From the NCBI GenBank assembly GCA_029288865.1, contig JARIGM010000021.1, positions 1 to 41,290 on the forward strand: a stretch of DNA of 41,290 nt, in the 5' to 3' direction. A program made the position numbers and the translations under genes. The notes under the pieces were generated by a model. That model was not told the DNA's origin. It saw only the letters and a list, made by a program, of their open reading frames with translations, and ran no database searches. This stretch comes from Candidatus Kaiserbacteria bacterium. GTDB taxonomy: Bacteria > Patescibacteriota > Minisyncoccia > Phycocordibacterales > Phycocordibacteraceae. Positions 36,983-41,290 of this stretch are shown here, piece after piece (the first letter of the stretch is position 1; each line of letters begins with the position of its first letter).

Positions 36983-37684
36983 CTAGAGATCGCCTACTTG
37001 CAGCGTTGCGAGCATCTGCGTGAGCGCTTGATGCTGCGGCAATGCTGACACGTTGAGGTTCGGCTCTGTCCAATTCGTCACATCGCGTTCAAGCACTTCG
37101 AATCGAAGTATCTTATCTGTTCCGAGCAAGTAATACGCACTGTGAATCTGGCCTTCGAATCGTTCAAGCACGACTGTATAGAAAACTTTCCCACCAATGG
37201 TCACTTTCTTGAACTGATTCGTCGAGGTCGCTGTCATACCTGATGATTCGAACATGGTGTTCTGGATCATCGCTTGTTCTGCAGACTCCCCTGCCGGAAT
37301 CGGATATGCCCGCACGACTATCGCATGAGTCGTCCCTGCGGTAGCTGCTGGCTTTTCATATGCAGCAAGTAAAGTCGTGTCTGAGCCTAATGCTTTCGGG
37401 TTCGCCTTATACCCGCTCGGCAACACGAACCCTACAGTGGTTGAACCGGCCGAAAGCTCCATATTTGGAAGCGGACACGCTGCGAACTGGCAGCTCGGTC
37501 CGGTTCGTCCGACGGCAGATCCATCCGGACATACCTTCGCCTCGTCAGTACATGCTTGCGCAGGGGTGGAGGTCGATGTCGGGTTGGTTGCTACGCTGGC
37601 AGGACGCTCTATCTCGTACCGATACAAGAACGCGACGAGACCAAGCACGAGGATTAAGACGGCTAAGCCGAGCAATTGTTTCAT
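36983..37684 (-). CDS. Membrane-anchored secreted protein with a four-Cys CTxEAKxCPDG motif
   Basis: N-terminal TM, Thr/Pro linker, ACTDEAKVCPDGSAVGRTGPSCQFAACP. Confidence 0.65.
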   Translation of the reverse strand: MKQLLGLAVLILVLGLVAFLYRYEIERPASVATNPTSTSTPAQACTDEAKVCPDGSAVGRTGPSCQFAACPLPNMELSAGSTTVGFVLPSGYKANPKALGSDTTLLAAYEKPAATAGTTHAIVVRAYPIPAGESAEQAMIQNTMFESSGMTATSTNQFKKVTIGGKVFYTVVLERFEGQIHSAYYLLGTDKILRFEVLERDVTNWTEPNLNVSALPQHQALTQMLATLQVGDL

Positions 37685-37703
37685 ATGCTCAGATTATACC
37701 AAC

Positions 37704-38117
37704 TTATGGCTTCTTTTGTTCTTTCAGCGTATCGCGAATTTCCTTAAGGATACTCACTTCTGGACTGTCCTCTGGAGCTGCGGGTGCCTCTGCTGCCTTC
37801 TGTTCGCGCGCTGCTGCGACCGCACGCAGCTTGTTCACCAACCGAACAACCAGGAAAAGTACGAATGCAGTGATAAAGAACGTGATGAGTGCTTGTATGA
37901 AAATCCCGTATTGGATAGACGCCTTCCCTCCCAATGGGATGACGAGGTCTTGGAAATTCACCCGACCAATGATGAGACCGAGGGGTGGAGTGATCACGTT
38001 GGTCACGAGTGAGTTCGTCACATTGTTAAATGCTGCTCCAACCACGACGCCCACTGCGAGGTCTATGAAGTTTCCCTTGAGGGCGAACGTCTCGAATTCT
38101 TTAAAAAAGCTTTTCAT
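37704..38117 (-). CDS. mscL: Large-conductance mechanosensitive channel
   Basis: FKEFETFALKGNFIDLAVGVVVGAAF, YGIFI, LKEIRD. Confidence 0.97.
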   Translation of the reverse strand: MKSFFKEFETFALKGNFIDLAVGVVVGAAFNNVTNSLVTNVITPPLGLIIGRVNFQDLVIPLGGKASIQYGIFIQALITFFITAFVLFLVVRLVNKLRAVAAAREQKAAEAPAAPEDSPEVSILKEIRDTLKEQKKP

Positions 38118-38159
38118 ACCTCTACCTTAACAAGCTCAACATGAAAAACAAATAAAGTG

Positions 38160-38232
38160 GGCGGCTATCGGGAATCGAACCCGAATTGACAGAGCCACAA
38201 CCTGTAGTGTTAACCGTTACACCATAGCCGCC
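38160..38232 (-). tRNA. tRNA-His(GTG)
   Basis: G(-1)GCGGCTA...ACAGG-TTGTGGC-TCTGT...TCGGG-TTCGATT-CCCGA-TAGCCGC-C; full CCA not encoded. Confidence 0.93.
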
Positions 38233-38342
38233 ATGTATCGCTGCGTATGCGCAGTCGTATAGGGTTTATAACACATTCCCGGCATTATCGGTACTAAAAA
38301 CAAAAGCACCGCCGCATGCGATGCTCTTTGTTTTTTATTCTG

Positions 38343-38424
38343 TGCCCAGGAGAGGACTCGAACCTCCAAGCCTTGCGGCATATGCACCTCAAGCATACGC
38401 GTATACCAATTCCGCCACCTGGGC
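38343..38424 (-). tRNA. tRNA-Leu(GAG)
   Basis: GCCCAGG...TATGC-TTGAGGT-GCATA, variable arm GCC-GCAA-GGC, GGAGG-TTCGAGT-CCTCT-CCTGGGC-A. Confidence 0.95.
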
Positions 38425-38438
38425 ATTTCTGACTCTTA

Positions 38439-39113
38439 TTACTCGCCATATGGCAGAGTAAGTCCCACTATACCTAGAATGCGCCGAATTTTCAATCTTT
38501 TCCGTGTCAGACTCTTTTCTGTATGGGAATGATACATTTGTGCCAACACGATAACCGATTCTCTTTTCGCATATTTCAAGTTAGTCATGGGTCGGACTTT
38601 TCCTGTGGTGGTTATGTGTCCTCGTACCCCACAGAGGCGAAATGTACTCTCCTGAAGCCAAGATATGTGCGGAGGACTGGCGGATATGAAGGTAAGATAA
38701 AACATGTAACTATTTTTCCAACGAGGGTCTAGGTAGCCATAGAAGCACCCATCTCCGTCATGACTTCCACGAAGGAAATCGAAAAAGTATTCATCCGGAA
38801 CCTTTAACGCGCCTAAAGTAAGAGACTTATTCGGCGTCAGGCCAATATCAATTAGAAATTTATAGAGCGATACATCTCCCCACTGCAGCCTATAATATGT
38901 GGTTTTCTCATCGGCCCAACTTTGATTTCCCGTAGAATGAATCTTTATTTTTGCTTTGAGCTTTAGGCACTGTTGAATATTTTCGAGCTGCTCTCTATCT
39001 TTCGATACCACAGTCAGATGCCGGCCATCGGATGATAAGCAGCCATCCGTCGCAATTAAGCCGACTACATATGCCAAATCTGATGACCACACGATTTCTC
39101 TTCTCCTTGCCAT
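38439..39113 (-). CDS. Free-standing double-motif LAGLIDADG homing-endonuclease-like protein
   Basis: LAYVVGLIATDGCL and FLRGSHDGDGCF motifs, GLTPNKS; visibly more AT-rich than neighbours. Confidence 0.88.
   Translation of the reverse strand: MARRREIVWSSDLAYVVGLIATDGCLSSDGRHLTVVSKDREQLENIQQCLKLKAKIKIHSTGNQSWADEKTTYYRLQWGDVSLYKFLIDIGLTPNKSLTLGALKVPDEYFFDFLRGSHDGDGCFYGYLDPRWKNSYMFYLTFISASPPHISWLQESTFRLCGVRGHITTTGKVRPMTNLKYAKRESVIVLAQMYHSHTEKSLTRKRLKIRRILGIVGLTLPYGE
38467..38495 (-). promoter_or_regulatory. Sigma70 promoter for tRNA-Leu, embedded in the LAGLIDADG 3' end
   Basis: TTGAAA-17 bp-TATAGT, about 40 nt upstream of tRNA-Leu. Confidence 0.6.
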
Positions 39114-39144
39114 CGCAAAAAGTAAAACATATCGAGATCAAATA

Positions 39145-39179
39145 AAAATGAAATCCGGCTCAAGGCCGGATTTCATTTT
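39145..39179. terminator. Terminator after rplS
   Basis: aaaatgaaatccggc-tcaag-gccggatttcatttt. Confidence 0.75.
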
Positions 39180-39196
39180 AGTTCTTCAGTTGCGTG

Positions 39197-39754
39197 TTAC
39201 GCAGGAGTCTCTTCTGAAGGAGCTGCCTCGGTCTCTTCGACCGTTGGAGCTTCTGGCTCGCCGGCTACTTCCTCAGCTGGAGTTGCCTCTTCTCCTGATT
39301 CGGTCTGCATTGGATCCTTCTCCATGACCTCTTCAGCAGGCATCTCTGGGGTTTCAGCCTCAGCTTCTACCTCTGGCTCTGCGAAGTCATCAGTTGAAAG
39401 ATTGACCATGCGCATGTTACGGAGCTGGCGGCGAACCTCACGAGCTACCTTCTCACGAATGAAGTAGAGCTTCGCGCGACGGACTTTCGAACGGCGGACG
39501 ATCTCGATCTTCTCGATGAAAGGAGCGTAGAGCGGGAAAATCTTCTCAACACCGATACCTGACATAGTTGCACGAACGGTGAAGGTAGCGCCTGGCTCGG
39601 TGCCGTGCTTCATCGCGATAACGAGGCCCTCAAACGTCTGGATACGAGTCTTTCCGCGCTCCATGATCTTCTGGTGGACACGAACAGTGTCTCCAGGACG
39701 GATGCCGAGCTTGACGCGCTCCTCGGTTTTTACGGGAGTAATTACTGAATTCAT
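39197..39754 (-). CDS. rplS: 50S ribosomal protein L19 with long acidic C-terminal tail
   Basis: [39 protein letters not shown]. Confidence 0.97.
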   Translation of the reverse strand: MNSVITPVKTEERVKLGIRPGDTVRVHQKIMERGKTRIQTFEGLVIAMKHGTEPGATFTVRATMSGIGVEKIFPLYAPFIEKIEIVRRSKVRRAKLYFIREKVAREVRRQLRNMRMVNLSTDDFAEPEVEAEAETPEMPAEEVMEKDPMQTESGEEATPAEEVAGEPEAPTVEETEAAPSEETPA

Positions 39755-39824
39755 AGTGCGAAAACTGTACCACAACCCGTTTCTAAACGCAAAACTACCT
39801 ACAGGCCTGTTATACTTGATCTAT

Positions 39825-40193
39825 ATGCCTCCCACCTCAGACACTAACCTCCCAAATTTCTCTCCTTACGAGTTCTTTTGGACAAAGCAGCTACAAAAGC
39901 CCCAGGGCTCTGGTGCCAGCTTTGTCTATATTCTTATGTGGATCGTTGAGATGTTTGGAAAAGTATTGATAGGATTTGGATTATTATTCCTTCCTTTCCT
40001 CTTTTTATTCTGCGATTCGCCCACAATTTGTTCTACCGGTGCTCAATTTCTGCCAGTCGTGATGATTGCGTTCTATAATCTCCTCGTGTATGTCGCCTGT
40101 CTTTGTTACAGAAAGACAACCTATTCATTGGCTTTCTTATTTTGTTTAGCTGCCATAGGAATCTCTATACTGATTTTCAAAATGCCTGCGTAG
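39825..40193 (+). CDS. Hypothetical three-TM membrane protein
   Basis: AT-rich ORF MPPTSDTN... with three hydrophobic segments; TATACT shortly upstream. Confidence 0.55.
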   Translation: MPPTSDTNLPNFSPYEFFWTKQLQKPQGSGASFVYILMWIVEMFGKVLIGFGLLFLPFLFLFCDSPTICSTGAQFLPVVMIAFYNLLVYVACLCYRKTTYSLAFLFCLAAIGISILIFKMPA

Positions 40194-40902
40194 AAAATAG
40201 GGCGACAGCTGGAGCCAGATCGGCAGGGATCGGCGCAGTAAAGGTCATACGCTCGCCGGACGGCAACGGAATGTCGAGTTGGTATGCATGGAGTCCTAAC
40301 CGGTTGAATTTGAGGTCACAGGCGCGTTTTGGGGCGTAGAGCGGGTCGCATACGATCGGATGGTGAATCGCTTTCATATGCACGCGCAGCTGGTGGGTAC
40401 GTCCCGTCTCTGGCATCAGCTTCATGAATGAATGCGTGCCGATGTCGCTGATGATTTCGTATTTCGTGATCGCTTCACGAAGTGTTCCTTTCGCCTTCGG
40501 CTGCGCACTGCGAAGTCGGAAATCCTTTCGGGACCGACCGATTGAGAATTCGATAGTCCCCTTCCGTTCTTTCGGAACGCCGTATGTGAAAGCGAGGTAG
40601 GTTTTATGCGCTTCGCGAGTCTGAAACGCTTCCTTTAAGAGCGCATGCGCTTCTGGAGTTTTAGCGAGCACCAGCACGCCAGAAGTTTCGCGATCCAAGC
40701 GATGCACGATGCCTGGGCGCGCGATCTCGGTTCCGTCTGGCAAACGCTGCAATTCTCCAACTTCTTTTGAGGCCGGATAGTGCGCCGCGAACCAGTCACT
40801 GACGGTTTCGTCAGTGGTGTGGCCGTCCGGGTGAGTCATGACGCCTGCCGGCTTATCTATGGCCACCACATCGGCGTCTTCATACAAGATAGTGAGTTCC
40901 AT
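40177..40902 (-). CDS. RluA-family (RluD-like, no S4 domain) pseudouridine synthase
   Basis: DKPAG, GIVHRLDRETSG, TGRTHQLRVH, HPIVCDPLY, LHA. Confidence 0.95.
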   Translation of the reverse strand: MELTILYEDADVVAIDKPAGVMTHPDGHTTDETVSDWFAAHYPASKEVGELQRLPDGTEIARPGIVHRLDRETSGVLVLAKTPEAHALLKEAFQTREAHKTYLAFTYGVPKERKGTIEFSIGRSRKDFRLRSAQPKAKGTLREAITKYEIISDIGTHSFMKLMPETGRTHQLRVHMKAIHHPIVCDPLYAPKRACDLKFNRLGLHAYQLDIPLPSGERMTFTAPIPADLAPAVALFSTQAF

Positions 40903-40906
40903 ACCA

Positions 40907-41176
40907 CTACCGTATCCTAAATTCGGTAAAAGCGCTCGTCCCAGCGCTCCACGAGACTGAAATATGCTCGACATGCGAGAAGAGCGGGCCGCGATGCAAC
41001 TGTACGATAAGGCGCTCTAACGAGTCGCGTTCCCCTTCTGCAACAACACGGACCGTCCTATCCTCAAGATTTTCAACCTCGCCGACCAGCTTCAATCTGG
41101 TTGCTTTATCACGTACAAAATAGCGATACCCCACGCCCTGTACCTTTCCCGATACGATCGCGTCCATCCGTTCCAT
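40907..41176 (-). CDS. acyP: Acylphosphatase
   Basis: VSGKVQGVGYR, GEVENLEDRTV, GP. Confidence 0.95.
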   Translation of the reverse strand: MERMDAIVSGKVQGVGYRYFVRDKATRLKLVGEVENLEDRTVRVVAEGERDSLERLIVQLHRGPLFSHVEHISVSWSAGTSAFTEFRIR

Positions 41177-41251
41177 ATATGTAAGTATACTCGCCACCCC
41201 TACCCTGCTGGGAATTTACGTGGAGCAAATGATTTGGTATGGTATGTGCAC

Positions 41252-41290
41252 GCGCGCTTAGCTCAGTTGGTAGAGCAACTCATTTACACT
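41252..41290 (+). tRNA. tRNA-Val(TAC), truncated by the window end
   Basis: GCGCGCT-TA-GCTC-AGTTGGTA-GAGC-A-ACTCA-TTTACAC. Confidence 0.85.

Noticed and set aside
38217-38426. 69-aa minus-strand ORF
   Set aside because: Overlaps tRNA-Leu and tRNA-His; spurious.

Overview
Chromosomal window from a small-genome bacterium that looks like Patescibacteria/CPR (Parcubacteria-like). This is inferred from an unlinked 23S gene with insertions, rplK without rplA, an alpha2-type GlyRS, a type-2 IleRS with a domain insertion, dispersed pilin genes and a free-standing LAGLIDADG gene beside tRNAs. Standard genetic code: TGA is used as a stop. Contents: 5' part of a minus-strand 23S rRNA gene with its own sigma70 promoter; rplJL with an L10 leader; a large secreted peptidoglycan-binding surface protein; ftsK-recA; ECF sigma; efp; rpsF-ssb-rpsR; tatD, metG, glyS, recO, ileS, argS; a thymidylate/folate cluster (glyA, DNPH1-like, tmk, thyA, dcd, folA); secE-nusG-rplK; mscL; three tRNAs; rplS; an RluA-family synthase; acyP. 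The most unusual element is a ~520-nt non-coding intervening sequence in 23S helix 45 (142-662), closed by a perfect 19-bp terminal inverted repeat. It carries a near-complete tRNA cloverleaf with an aberrant anticodon arm, a degenerate copy of 16S rRNA helices 42-43 and a second h42-like hairpin. Other notable items: a histidine-phosphatase domain inside IleRS, a palindromic -10 box shared by divergent tmk/thyA, pervasive leaderless gene starts, a pilin frameshifted exactly at its cleavage-site codon, a LAGLIDADG gene carrying the downstream tRNA promoter, a ~345-nt structured leader and two unannotated small membrane proteins. All calls are by eye from sequence and recalled family motifs; no database searches were run.
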